Virus record (IMG/VR): IMGVR_UViG_3300049988_000286
Coordinates: 256,001-320,000 of that record
Length of the DNA stretch: 64,000 nt
Source of the DNA: a virus
Lineage: Duplodnaviria > Caudoviricetes
Strand: one strand, 5' to 3'
How positions within the stretch are numbered: position 1 is the first letter of the stretch; every line of letters starts with the position of its first letter. Below the pieces are notes generated by a model that did no database searches, was not told where the DNA came from, and was given only the letters and a program-made list of their open reading frames with translations. A program made the position numbers and the translations under genes. Shown piece after piece: positions 1 to 8,926 of this stretch.

Positions 1-164
1 CACTCCGATCGCGACGAGGATGTATTTGCCATAATGCTTGAGGAAGCCTTTGACACGGAGCAGAAGAGCAGTGGCGGTAACGGGGTCGATCATGAGAAAT
101 CTCCTTTCCGGTATTTAGTCCATACCTTTCTCTTGATATTACGCAGTTCTATGGTAGGCCTCTG

Positions 165-653
165 GTGAGAGGACGAATAATGCGTTTCACCATCTGGACC
201 TTCTTTGGTCTGATCTTTTTCGGCGTAGTGGCCATGAACGCGACCAAATCGTTCGCGCCATTGGAGCGCCTGTACGTCAACCTCGGCTTCATCACCGATC
301 CTAACACGATCATGACCAACATCGGAACTGTGCAGTGGCGCGGTGAAGAGCGAACGTTGCTGGTCTCGGTCAGCAACACGACGAGCGAGCCTTACCATAG
401 GTTCAACCTTGACTGTGAGACACACGAAGGACGTATCTTCTCCATTCTAGATCGATCCGGCATCCGTCCTGACCGACAGAATGATGTGCGGGTCTACCGG
501 CTATCAAATGCGGCGATCTCCAACGCGAAGTTCTGCGTCACTGCCGATGTGGAGAGGGGCAAACCCACACCATGGCTTCCCGGAATGGAGCCGCGTGATA
601 ATGATGATCGGTTGGCGATCACGGATGCAGAGATTCCCGAGGACATTGAATGA
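165..653 (+). CDS. Hypothetical exported/membrane-anchored protein
   Basis: 162-aa ORF with an N-terminal hydrophobic segment (IWTFFGLIFFGVVAMNA); no recognisable family motif. Confidence 0.6.
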   Translation: MRGRIMRFTIWTFFGLIFFGVVAMNATKSFAPLERLYVNLGFITDPNTIMTNIGTVQWRGEERTLLVSVSNTTSEPYHRFNLDCETHEGRIFSILDRSGIRPDRQNDVRVYRLSNAAISNAKFCVTADVERGKPTPWLPGMEPRDNDDRLAITDAEIPEDIE

Positions 654-654
654 G

Positions 655-1215
655 GTGTGTTCGCTAGCGCTCACACGACCTATGATCACTCATTTGTGTT
701 CAGCAAGCTTCACACAAACAATATGATCAACTGACAATACAGAGATGAGGTCATCATCCTCGGGAAGAATGGAACTTTCTATCCCCCTCCATGACCGATA
801 CGCTTTTACAAGCAGACAATCTCTCGATTGCTCGACCATGGAGGGGGAAAGTAGCATCATCCTGCGGTTGTGAATGGCTCTCGCTGGCAGCTTCGGCGTC
901 TATAGCCTAGCAGGTGGTCGCCCGTGACCCTGCATTACTGCCCTTTCCTGACACCTTTCGGTATCACGACGGTTATCTCATTTGAGAAGCGATACCGCCA
1001 AGCCGCGAATAATTGACCGGGCGGGATCGAAGAGTTGTCGGTTAGACATAGCTCTTCTCTTTACATGTGTCTCTTGTGTCCACCCTTGGTGGGACCGGCA
1101 ACACTCCCCGGTCGGCTACTCCGCCTAACGCCTTCCCGGAACACGGCCCCCTAGAGCGCCTTCAAAGTCCATCGAGCATGTCACTGATCAGGCGCGAGGC
1201 CCTTGAGTAATTTGA
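655..1215 (-). ncRNA. Putative large structured non-coding RNA, family unknown
   Basis: ORF-poor interval with many nested inverted repeats (782-793/837-848, 693-699/712-718, 1093-1098/1108-1113, 1156-1161/1190-1195). Three stems are capped by GNRA loops only when read on the minus strand (GAAA 956-959, GAGA 822-825, GTAA 806-809). A minus-strand TTGACA promoter lies upstream. Confidence 0.55.
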
Positions 1216-1221
1216 GTCCTG

Positions 1222-1250
1222 TTGTAGAATCCTGCTCCGAGTCGTGTCAA
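1222..1250 (-). promoter_or_regulatory. sigma70-type promoter pointing into the structured region
   Basis: TTGACA at 1250-1245, 16-17-nt spacer, then TCTACA/CTACAA. The -35 overlaps the inverted repeat TCAAAT-ac-ATTTGA (1247-1260). Confidence 0.55.
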
Positions 1251-1267
1251 ATACATTTGAGACAATA

Positions 1268-1281
1268 GCCCTAAATAGAGG
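1268..1281 (+). promoter_or_regulatory. Late promoter (TAAATA) inside a short inverted repeat
   Basis: ccct-AAATAG-aggg; TAAATA at 1272-1277 upstream of the holin-like gene. Confidence 0.6.
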
Positions 1282-1308
1282 GAACTATTTCTTGAGAGTA
1301 CCCCGAGC

Positions 1309-2082
1309 GTGAACGCGATCATCGTAAGTCTTCAAAGTTTGATTGTGACCGTCCGCCGGAACTTCATGTCCAGCGTGGCGACCATGTTCATGCTTATCGC
1401 GGTGATCGTCGTTTGGAGCGCACGCGGCAACATTGCGACGTTCCTTGAGCGTAACCCCACCGCCGCGCAGGAGAAGGATCGTTTCGACCAGTCGATCGTC
1501 GCCGACGCACAGATCAACGAGACGTTGGAGCACATCCGCGCGACCATCAACGCCGATCGTGTGCTGATCCGCCAGTTCCACAATTCGAAAACCGATCTCA
1601 CGGGGCTGCCGTTCGCGAGCGTGTCCACGACCTATTACGCGTTCGGGCCGGGCATCACACTGACACCGGGAAGCTTCAACCCCTTCCCGCTTTCGACCGT
1701 GAACGAGGTTCTCGCGCAGATGTTTCAGCCCCATACGGAGCCCCAGTGTGCGATGACCACCACCTCGCAGATTCGCAACTCCGCCTACCAGCGGCTCCTT
1801 ATCTCGAACGGCGTCGCCCTCTTCTACTCGTGCCCGATCATGAACCTCCGTGGGCAACCGATCGGCTTCATCCTTGCCAGCTACCTTTCTGCGGAGAAGA
1901 AGCGGCCCAAGGACGACGCCATCAAGGCAATCATCGGCAACACCGGTGAGCGGGTGGTAGGCTACCTAGACGATGTGATCGCCAAGGAGAAGAAGCCTTG
2001 GTGGCAAGCGATCTTCGGCGGCAGTGAGAGGAAGAAGATCGAGCCACCGGTGTCATTGGAAACATCCGAAGTGAATAAATAA
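1309..2082 (+). CDS. Holin candidate, T4 gp t-like (single TM plus GAF-like periplasmic domain)
   Basis: One N-terminal TM (VATMFMLIAVIVVW), then ADRVLIRQFHN and LFYSCPIMNLRGQPIGFI. The latter resembles the YSCP-x-x-NL-x5-G-x-I motif I recall from the T4 T holin C-terminal domain. A late promoter lies upstream. The start could be GTG 1309 or a later ATG. Confidence 0.55.
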   Translation: MNAIIVSLQSLIVTVRRNFMSSVATMFMLIAVIVVWSARGNIATFLERNPTAAQEKDRFDQSIVADAQINETLEHIRATINADRVLIRQFHNSKTDLTGLPFASVSTTYYAFGPGITLTPGSFNPFPLSTVNEVLAQMFQPHTEPQCAMTTTSQIRNSAYQRLLISNGVALFYSCPIMNLRGQPIGFILASYLSAEKKRPKDDAIKAIIGNTGERVVGYLDDVIAKEKKPWWQAIFGGSERKKIEPPVSLETSEVNK

Positions 2083-2085
2083 TTT

Positions 2086-2286
2086 ATGCAAAACTCGCTC
2101 GCCAAACCGGAGACCAAGATGAAGGCCTCTACCAAGTTGCTCATTTCTGGCCTCCTCACCGTTCTGGCGGTCATTCTCGCGGGGACGATCTTTGATGGAC
2201 TGGGTGTCCTGTTTGGCCCTGAAGCGGCTGGTATGTCGGGCATCGCGGGATTGATCGCATCCTTCCGTCTCCTCTCCGGCACCTGA
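2086..2286 (+). CDS. Small two-TM late membrane protein
   Basis: Two hydrophobic stretches; TAAATA (2076-2081) sits 4 nt before the ATG. Confidence 0.65.
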   Translation: MQNSLAKPETKMKASTKLLISGLLTVLAVILAGTIFDGLGVLFGPEAAGMSGIAGLIASFRLLSGT

Positions 2287-2324
2287 ATATTGCGACGCGG
2301 GGTTCGGCCTCGTAGGATCACTGC

Positions 2325-2636
2325 ATGGAATACCTGATTGCCGCCATATTCTTCGCAGCCGGTTGGGGCGTGGGACGCCGCCGCACCGCGCCAAATCTTT
2401 TGACCGAGATCGTCAAGGAGCAGTTGACTACACTGCGCCTTGAGGAAATGGTAGAAGAGCGGCTTGCCACCATCGAGCCCCGCGTTGAGATCGACACCCA
2501 AGCCGTCTTCCACGCCAGCGCCGCCCTCGATCTAATCGAGACCCACGTTGAGGAGACCGGTATTCCGCTCTCCGTGGAGCATCAGGCAATCGTAGATGAG
2601 ATGCGTCCCTTTTATACAATTGAAACCACTCATTGA
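2325..2636 (+). CDS. Hypothetical protein with N-terminal membrane anchor
   Basis: TTGCGA-17-TAGGAT promoter ends 6 nt before the ATG; hydrophobic N-terminus. Confidence 0.65.
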   Translation: MEYLIAAIFFAAGWGVGRRRTAPNLLTEIVKEQLTTLRLEEMVEERLATIEPRVEIDTQAVFHASAALDLIETHVEETGIPLSVEHQAIVDEMRPFYTIETTH

Positions 2637-3259
2637 GTCAGTGGGTTGACTTAGACGGGGCGGGTGGTCATTTCTCGGCGGAACAACTTCGGGTACCGCG
2701 ATCTCAAACTCTACATCTACGGGTTGATCAGCTTATTGCTTTGTATTGGCCTACGGTGTCGATACAATTGATCAGAGCTAACATTCCTATGATGCTCAGT
2801 TGGACCATCAACTGTTTGAAGTCCACGAGGCATTTCCATGCGGCACTATCTAGAAATAAGTGTCGTCAGTTACGATACCTTTTGTCATGTCCCACTACCG
2901 TTCGGTATAGCTGGGAGCAAGCAGGACGTGACCTAGCGAAGACGCTGGATGCAGCGGGTATATTGTATTCCTCTTGCGAAGATGGGCAATTTATACCTCT
3001 AGATAAACCCCCTCGTTTTATGAATTCTAAAAAATACACAAGTGGTTCTCGCGCAGTCAGAAGAACGTACAGTATGCACGCGCCAGTTGAAAGTTGGCCA
3101 GATATTGTCCGCTATCAACCCTCCTGTATATGGACGGCTAAAGCAGCCCATGTGATCGATAACGGTGTCGTGAAAACTTGGTTCCGATACACGTTTGATC
3201 GGAAATACGAGCGCGCTGCGGCTAAATTGAGCACCTGTCACACAGTAATATTGCCGTAA
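2633..3259 (+). CDS. Hypothetical protein, visibly AT-richer than its neighbours
   Basis: 208-aa ORF fills the gap between two co-oriented genes; the true start is uncertain. Confidence 0.45.
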   Translation: MSQWVDLDGAGGHFSAEQLRVPRSQTLHLRVDQLIALYWPTVSIQLIRANIPMMLSWTINCLKSTRHFHAALSRNKCRQLRYLLSCPTTVRYSWEQAGRDLAKTLDAAGILYSSCEDGQFIPLDKPPRFMNSKKYTSGSRAVRRTYSMHAPVESWPDIVRYQPSCIWTAKAAHVIDNGVVKTWFRYTFDRKYERAAAKLSTCHTVILP

Positions 3260-3286
3260 AGGATTCGATTCCGGTATGGTAAAGCC

Positions 3287-3814
3287 ATGTCGAATTGGGA
3301 ATACGTCGTGTGGGATATCGAAGCCAATGGCTTCCAACCTTCGACGATCTTCTGCATCTGTATCACTGATCTCTTGACGCAAGAGCAGCGGATGTTCACC
3401 GGTGACGAAATCGCCGATGCTTGTGTCTTGCTCCAAGAGGCCAAGATGATCGTGGGTCATTACATCCGGGGTTACGACTGCCCCGTCATCGAGCGCCTCA
3501 CCGGGGGTATGATCAAGTTCAAACCCGAGACGATCGTTGATACCCTCGATATGTCGAAGAAGCTGACCTCGCATAAGAAGCACGGGTTGGAGTTCTGGGG
3601 TGAGCGTTTCGGACTGCCTAAGATGCCCTCGCCGTTGTTTGAGCGCTACACCCCGGAGTTACTCCCGTATTGTCGCCGCGACGTGGACATCAACGTCAAG
3701 CTGTTCTTCCACCTGCTCGAAATCTATCTGGAGGCCCCTGTGGCAGAGTTTCGCAACCATGAGCGTCTTGCGCTCTTTGTCGAGGCCTTCGCGGCCCATA
3801 TCGCCAATGGGTGA
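3287..3814 (+). CDS. Standalone 3'-5' exonuclease (DnaQ-like, T7/PolA proofreading-domain type)
   Basis: ExoI VWDIEANG, ExoII GHYIRGYD, ExoIII YCRRDV; also DTLDMSK and HGLEFWG motifs. Confidence 0.85.
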   Translation: MSNWEYVVWDIEANGFQPSTIFCICITDLLTQEQRMFTGDEIADACVLLQEAKMIVGHYIRGYDCPVIERLTGGMIKFKPETIVDTLDMSKKLTSHKKHGLEFWGERFGLPKMPSPLFERYTPELLPYCRRDVDINVKLFFHLLEIYLEAPVAEFRNHERLALFVEAFAAHIANG

Positions 3815-3968
3815 GATCAACCCCCGGTTTTCAATCGGCTACGAGACCGGTTTTGGTTGGGTGCTCCGTTGTGATGGGCGGATGATCGACCGCAGCGTCT
3901 GTGAGTATGATCTCCTCCATATTGCGCTTGATCCTCGAACCTTGCAGCAGATCGACGGTGGGAACTAA
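3807..3968 (+). CDS. Small hypothetical protein
   Basis: MGEINPRFSIG... overlaps the exonuclease stop and ends at the terminator. Confidence 0.5.
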   Translation: MGEINPRFSIGYETGFGWVLRCDGRMIDRSVCEYDLLHIALDPRTLQQIDGGN

Positions 3969-4000
3969 AAAGGGGAGCGCGAGCGCTCCCCTTTCCATTT
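3967..4000. terminator. Bidirectional intrinsic terminator
   Basis: AAAAAGGGGAGCG-cgag-CGCTCCCCTTT between convergent genes. Confidence 0.8.
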
Positions 4001-4015
4001 CTGCGCCTTGTCGGA

Positions 4016-4891
4016 TTAGAGGCGCAGCATGGTCTTGATCATCTCCCAGTCGGCGGGATCGAGGGTGACATTGACCACCTGCTCGTCGCCGTCGCCGACC
4101 GTCTCGACCTGATCGGCATCGATCGCGGCCTTGAGGATGTTGGTCATCGCGGCCTTGAGCGACGGGCCGGTGGTGAGGGTCTTGGCGGTCACGCGGGCCT
4201 TGCCGGTGCTCGCCGCCTTCTTCACACCCTCCGCCAGCGCGTCAGCCGTCTTCGAGTCGTCGAAGCCGTTGGCCCGAGCAACCGACAGGGCGGTAGTGGA
4301 CGAAACCGTGCCGTCCTTGATCAGCGCCTTGACCTCGGTGGACAGCCCCGCGATATCGAGAAGCTGGGTGACACGCTGCTTCGACATGCCCGCCCGGTCC
4401 GCGATCTGCTGATCGGTCCAGCCGTGACCCTTGAGGCGCTTGATGACCGACGACTTGCCCAGCGGGGTGAGGGCGAGACCCGAGTTCTCGGTCAGGATGC
4501 CGAGCACCGAGTCGGCGTCGCTCTCGCTGCGGGCGGTCAGCTTGACCGGGATGGTGGCGATCTCCGCGCCGTAGACATCGATCGCCCGGATGGTGGCACG
4601 CAGACGGCACTCACCGTCCTTGAGGAGGAGGCGACCGCCCTTGTTGCGAACGGTGAGGGGACGCTGGATGCCGATCTCGGCGATCGACTTGGCGAGACCG
4701 TCGATGTGCTCGGCGACCTCGGCGGTCTCGAAGTCACGGACGTTGAAGCCGTCCTCGACCTCGATCAGGAGCGGGTTGATCTGGAAGATGTCGCTGCGGC
4801 CCTCGGCAAGCTGCTTGATGCCGCCGGTGCGCTTCGCAGCGAGGGTGGCGAGGTTCTGGCCGAAAGCGGAAGTGGGGGTCAGGCTGGTCAT
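4016..4891 (-). CDS. ParB/Spo0J-like protein
   Basis: FNVRDF...LAKSIAEIGIQRPLTVR...LKDGECRLRA (ParB N-domain) followed by an HTH (WTDQQIADRAGMSKQRVTQLL). Confidence 0.8.
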   Translation of the reverse strand: MTSLTPTSAFGQNLATLAAKRTGGIKQLAEGRSDIFQINPLLIEVEDGFNVRDFETAEVAEHIDGLAKSIAEIGIQRPLTVRNKGGRLLLKDGECRLRATIRAIDVYGAEIATIPVKLTARSESDADSVLGILTENSGLALTPLGKSSVIKRLKGHGWTDQQIADRAGMSKQRVTQLLDIAGLSTEVKALIKDGTVSSTTALSVARANGFDDSKTADALAEGVKKAASTGKARVTAKTLTTGPSLKAAMTNILKAAIDADQVETVGDGDEQVVNVTLDPADWEMIKTMLRL

Positions 4892-5022
4892 CGTGCAATT
4901 CCCTCATAGGAGCGTTGATAGTGATGCTCATCTACTCGGTAGTTCGGTAGCGGTCAAGCGCTATTTGAATAAAAAATGCGCCGGGAAACGATTTTTGTTC
5001 GCAGGGGCATGGTTGACGCCGT

Positions 5023-5343
5023 TTGGTTGACCCGAAAATGCAGAGTCGTTACAGGCAAGTCATGAAACCTCCCCGTCAGACCGCCCGCGCAGTCCTATCC
5101 CGGTATCTCAACCAGCCCATTGGCGAAGAGAACCGCTTTGATGGCTCGCGTACTCGGCTCGCTATCTATTTCGCCAAAGGGTTCTACTGGTCGGCCCCGC
5201 CGGTGAGCGAACGACCAGTTACGGGTTGGGAATGGACACATATGGGCGATCATGAGGGTAGGCCGATCTTTCGCGCCACCATGCCCCCGGAGCGGCTCTG
5301 GTACACGAAGTCAGGCGTCCTGCAAGTCACCCTACCCGGTTGA
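5023..5343 (+). CDS. Hypothetical protein
   Basis: 106-aa ORF divergent from the ParB-like gene. Confidence 0.55.
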   Translation: MVDPKMQSRYRQVMKPPRQTARAVLSRYLNQPIGEENRFDGSRTRLAIYFAKGFYWSAPPVSERPVTGWEWTHMGDHEGRPIFRATMPPERLWYTKSGVLQVTLPG

Positions 5344-5513
5344 GTGTCGCGGCCAGAATCCCGATTCTCCACTGGCTCTTCTTGATTGCCGATCTCGCGA
5401 TAGCGGCCACCCGCGTGGGGTGAGTAAACAAGCGTGCAATTTATGGATCGTATCTTAATGCCCCTCTGGGGATCACCACACCACGCGACAACACGGTGAT
5501 ACCCCACCGTCCC

Positions 5514-5780
5514 CTATTGCGCAATAATGATCGCCAGCGCGGCCTCGGCATAGCGCCGCCCACGTTCATCGACGGGTAGTCGATGAACTGATTTCGCTGT
5601 ATCGCCCCGGAGGATCGACTGGCGTTCTGCCACCCGTGCGATATGGCTGCCGGACAACTCACCCTTGTTGATTGCTCTGATACTCTGATCGATGAACCAT
5701 AGCCGCCTTCCCACAACGGGGAGAGCCGCCTCCGTCTCCAACATCGCCCGCGCCTGACTGGCGATGACTTCAGTTTTCAT
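5514..5780 (-). CDS. Hypothetical protein
   Basis: 88-aa ORF coupled to the upstream minus-strand gene. Confidence 0.55.
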   Translation of the reverse strand: MKTEVIASQARAMLETEAALPVVGRRLWFIDQSIRAINKGELSGSHIARVAERQSILRGDTAKSVHRLPVDERGRRYAEAALAIIIAQ

Positions 5781-6972
5781 TTGGCATCGGCATCACATAG
5801 CCGAGCACGGTATGCTCTTGGACCTCCTCCGGGAAGAGAAAGAACACTTGGTTCGCGGGACGCCCATCGGTAGCGGGTTGCTCTCCCCGGAACATGACCG
5901 AGTACATGAAATGGATACCCGACGCGCCGGGGGTACCGCCAACATAGCATTGGTTCATCAGCATCCCGTTCCAGCCGCTGGCCCTCACACCCACGACTTC
6001 AACCTCATAGGCGCGTTCGATGAAGTCAAGCTTCTCGCGAATATCTCGCTTCGCATAGTCGGGGATGCGCCCCTGTGGCTGTCTCGTGCGTACACCTTTC
6101 AGATAGTTCTTCACGAAGACACCGCGCCAGTAGAGGAAATCACCGGTTCGGCCAAAGGAGGCTCGCAGCTTCGTCCCGATCTTCACCTTCGGGCTGGGAA
6201 GATCATAGGCGCGACCCTTCGGTCTCCGAGGATCGGGTGAGTAGGCCTTCTGTGGCGGCGATGGTGGGGGAGGCGGCGCGGGGGCGAGCATCGAGGCGAT
6301 TGCCTGACGAACTGATCCCCCACCGCTAAATGTTTGCTGGCGACTGCGCCGATAGCGAGCCTCGAACAAGGCTTCTCGCCGCCGCTTAATGTCACTGCCA
6401 GTCGATTTCCAAAGAGGCTTGTGCCAGTAGGAGCGCAGTTCATCACCACGCTCACTCTCTTTGATGGTTTCCAACCGCGTAATCAGCCGCCGCGCTGCCG
6501 CGTACTTTGGTGGTAGAAGGAGAGTGTCATTGTAGACGTGTCCCCCCTCAAGGTCGCGCGCGGCGTTTGCAATGGTGTATAGCCGCAGAGATGCCGCTGT
6601 GGTGATGTTCCCCCAAGCGTCATACCCTTCGATGAGCAACATGACTTCATCGCCGCTCGACCGGAATAGACCTTCGCGACGCGCACCCTGCGTGTTTGGC
6701 TCGGGGCCGCGATCCAGCCACCCCTTCACCTTGGCGTAGAGGCTCATCTGCTCGGCAGCGTAGTCCATCTGCTTGGTGGAGTAGTCGCTGTCCAAGTCAG
6801 GGAATGAAAATTCATCCATTGCCCGGTGCTGCATCGCGAGATGGATCATCACGCTGATCTGCTCGGTGGTAAGCCCGGCAATGCCAGAGAGATACCCCTC
6901 GACGGGATCGCCATCCTCGTCCACCTCTGCGGTATCGATCTTCATGAAGATGGGGCGCGGTTTGAATCTCAT
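5770..6972 (-). CDS. Hypothetical protein (~400 aa)
   Basis: Start revised from 7125 to ATG 6972 (MRFKPRP): a minus-strand TTGACA at 7007-7002 gives a -10 ending 6 nt before this ATG, and this removes the overlap with 7043-7450. Confidence 0.65.
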   Translation of the reverse strand: MRFKPRPIFMKIDTAEVDEDGDPVEGYLSGIAGLTTEQISVMIHLAMQHRAMDEFSFPDLDSDYSTKQMDYAAEQMSLYAKVKGWLDRGPEPNTQGARREGLFRSSGDEVMLLIEGYDAWGNITTAASLRLYTIANAARDLEGGHVYNDTLLLPPKYAAARRLITRLETIKESERGDELRSYWHKPLWKSTGSDIKRRREALFEARYRRSRQQTFSGGGSVRQAIASMLAPAPPPPPSPPQKAYSPDPRRPKGRAYDLPSPKVKIGTKLRASFGRTGDFLYWRGVFVKNYLKGVRTRQPQGRIPDYAKRDIREKLDFIERAYEVEVVGVRASGWNGMLMNQCYVGGTPGASGIHFMYSVMFRGEQPATDGRPANQVFFLFPEEVQEHTVLGYVMPMPNEN

Positions 6973-7042
6973 CCTTGGCGTATCGCTGATGAGCGACGAA
7001 CTGTCAATTGACTTCTCGACCACGTAGCGGTTAGATCGCGGG

Positions 7043-7450
7043 ATGAATGTCGATCTCGACCTATACGCGATCTCGGGAGATTTCTCGTTCCTGTGCGCGG
7101 CCCTCGGCCTCTGCGACGATAGCAAAATCGATTACTTGGAAACGTCGAGCTACCCGAGCATCTACCCGGATGAGACGCGATATTGTGATGCGTGGATCGC
7201 GCATCGGTTGTGCACCAGTGATCACACTATCGCGTGGTGTGTGCCGCATTATCAGCAAGGCAATGTCAAACGGCGCATCGAGGCGATCACTGATCAGATC
7301 GGACATCGACGTGGGCGGTTGCTCATTCGCAGCACTGGCCCCTACTCGGTTGTGGGAATGACGTTCGACATCGCAGTTGCGCAGCGATGCAACCTTGCTG
7401 TGAAGAAAAACCTCATGGCGCGATCGAACCAGATGATCACCATCGTCTAA
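7043..7450 (+). CDS. Hypothetical protein
   Basis: TTGACT (7008-7013)-18-TAGATC promoter just before the ATG. Confidence 0.6.
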   Translation: MNVDLDLYAISGDFSFLCAALGLCDDSKIDYLETSSYPSIYPDETRYCDAWIAHRLCTSDHTIAWCVPHYQQGNVKRRIEAITDQIGHRRGRLLIRSTGPYSVVGMTFDIAVAQRCNLAVKKNLMARSNQMITIV

Positions 7451-7457
7451 ATACCTG

Positions 7458-8399
7458 ATGAGAAAATGGATCGACCTCCTCAACGAGAACGCAGAGGTGC
7501 ATCACAAGTCGTTCAAGAACGAGTTGGGCAACGAGATCGAAGCCCGCGTGACGAAGTACGATGACGGTCGCAAAGAGCCCGTGAAGCTGCAACTCATCGG
7601 TCCCGACTCGGAGTCGGAGAACGACATCACCACCAAGGAAGCAGAGGTGGTTCACGCCCTGTTGACCAATGCCCTCTATCCCGAGCAGCTAGAGGAAGAG
7701 GCGCTCGACTTCGACGATTCCCATTACAGGGATGAGCACGGCAGTCCCAATTACGAGACGCGCGCACACGCGGTCATCGCCTCGGTGAAGGACTTCGCTG
7801 GACCCCTCCCCATCACCGTTGAGTTGCAGCCCTACCGAAATTATTTTACCCACGCTGTGCAGGGTGTGACGCTGACCGATCTCTACGCTCGCGAACCCGG
7901 CTCCGGCACCGGCTCGGCGGTGATGCGCCACATGTGTGAGATCGCCGACCGTGCAGAGATCAACCTCTACACCGATCCCGAGGGACCGCGCTCCAAGGCC
8001 TTCTATGAGAAGTTTGGGTTCGAGCGCAACCGGAACAACTCCCCGATGCTGGTCCGATACGCGGACGTGCCGGTCTGGGATGACGATGAGGGATTGATGG
8101 AAGGCAGCACCCCCACCCTCTACCCCGCGATCAGGATCGGGCGTAAGCTCTTCACAGCGAGGGATCAGGGCGCGACGCACTTCGATGCCCTTGATCTCAT
8201 CACTGATCCACAAGCGCGCGGCGCTGCGATGCTCGACGGTGACAATCGCGGGTTCGTGGATGAGCGGGGCCGGTGGAAGAACCGTGCCAAGGCAGCCCAA
8301 TACGCGCGCGACTACCAGCTATTCGACACACAGCATCCCGAATACCGCGCTTGGATGAAGGACGCGTATGAACTCTCCTCGGAGACGCCGCTCCGATAA
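7458..8399 (+). CDS. Late multidomain protein with a GNAT acetyltransferase domain; probable internal head protein
   Basis: GSGTGSAVMRHM...AFYEKFGF GNAT motifs; leader MRKWIDLLNE; TAAATA 7448-7453 lies 4 nt before the ATG. Confidence 0.7.
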   Translation: MRKWIDLLNENAEVHHKSFKNELGNEIEARVTKYDDGRKEPVKLQLIGPDSESENDITTKEAEVVHALLTNALYPEQLEEEALDFDDSHYRDEHGSPNYETRAHAVIASVKDFAGPLPITVELQPYRNYFTHAVQGVTLTDLYAREPGSGTGSAVMRHMCEIADRAEINLYTDPEGPRSKAFYEKFGFERNRNNSPMLVRYADVPVWDDDEGLMEGSTPTLYPAIRIGRKLFTARDQGATHFDALDLITDPQARGAAMLDGDNRGFVDERGRWKNRAKAAQYARDYQLFDTQHPEYRAWMKDAYELSSETPLR

Positions 8400-8458
8400 T
8401 GGGGAAGATCGCCTCGTTCTAAATTGCAGCACAGGCAGGGATGAGGTAACTACCCTGA

Positions 8459-8926
8459 ATGGTTGACCTCACCCGCTTGTGCGCCCTCGCAACGACGATC
8501 ACCAAAGAATTCGGCACGAGGGCATTTCCCAGTCCCCACCATCTTTGCAACCGAGACGCATTGTTCGGCCCTTTGGAGATGCTGTCTTGGCTCGACCTGA
8601 CCAATGATGGCAGATACCAATATAGCACGCGCGGCATTGGTAGCCTTCACTACACATTCAAGCATGACATTGCCGAAGTCTATATTCGACACCAAGGACG
8701 CACCGAGCAACTGGGAAATAACTATAAGGTGCGATCGGGACCGTGGGAAGCCATGATCGAGGAGCACCTCTGCTGGTTCGAGGCTGATGTGGAAGCCGCT
8801 GTGATGATGCGGCAACAAGTCATTCGCGACGCCGAGGCGGCGCAGAAACAACATGAAGCAGATAGAGAGGTGGCTCATCAGCGAGCCTTGGTGGAGTTTT
8901 GGGAAGAATCGATCAAACCCGCGTGA
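8459..8926 (+). CDS. Hypothetical protein
   Basis: 155-aa ORF with a charged helical C-terminus. Confidence 0.6.
   Translation: MVDLTRLCALATTITKEFGTRAFPSPHHLCNRDALFGPLEMLSWLDLTNDGRYQYSTRGIGSLHYTFKHDIAEVYIRHQGRTEQLGNNYKVRSGPWEAMIEEHLCWFEADVEAAVMMRQQVIRDAEAAQKQHEADREVAHQRALVEFWEESIKPA

Noticed and set aside
1080-1145. Twister-ribozyme-like words (CCGCCTAAC on plus, GCCGGTCCC on minus)
   Set aside because: They are on opposite strands and the remaining conserved twister elements are missing.
655-1215. tmRNA, RNase P or self-splicing intron identity for the structured region
   Set aside because: No tRNA-like T arm/CCA end, no RNase P P4 signature, no group I P7 or group II domain V motif was found by eye.
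2633-3259. LAGLIDADG homing endonuclease
   Set aside because: Only a faint WVDLDG resemblance; no convincing motif and no interrupted host gene.
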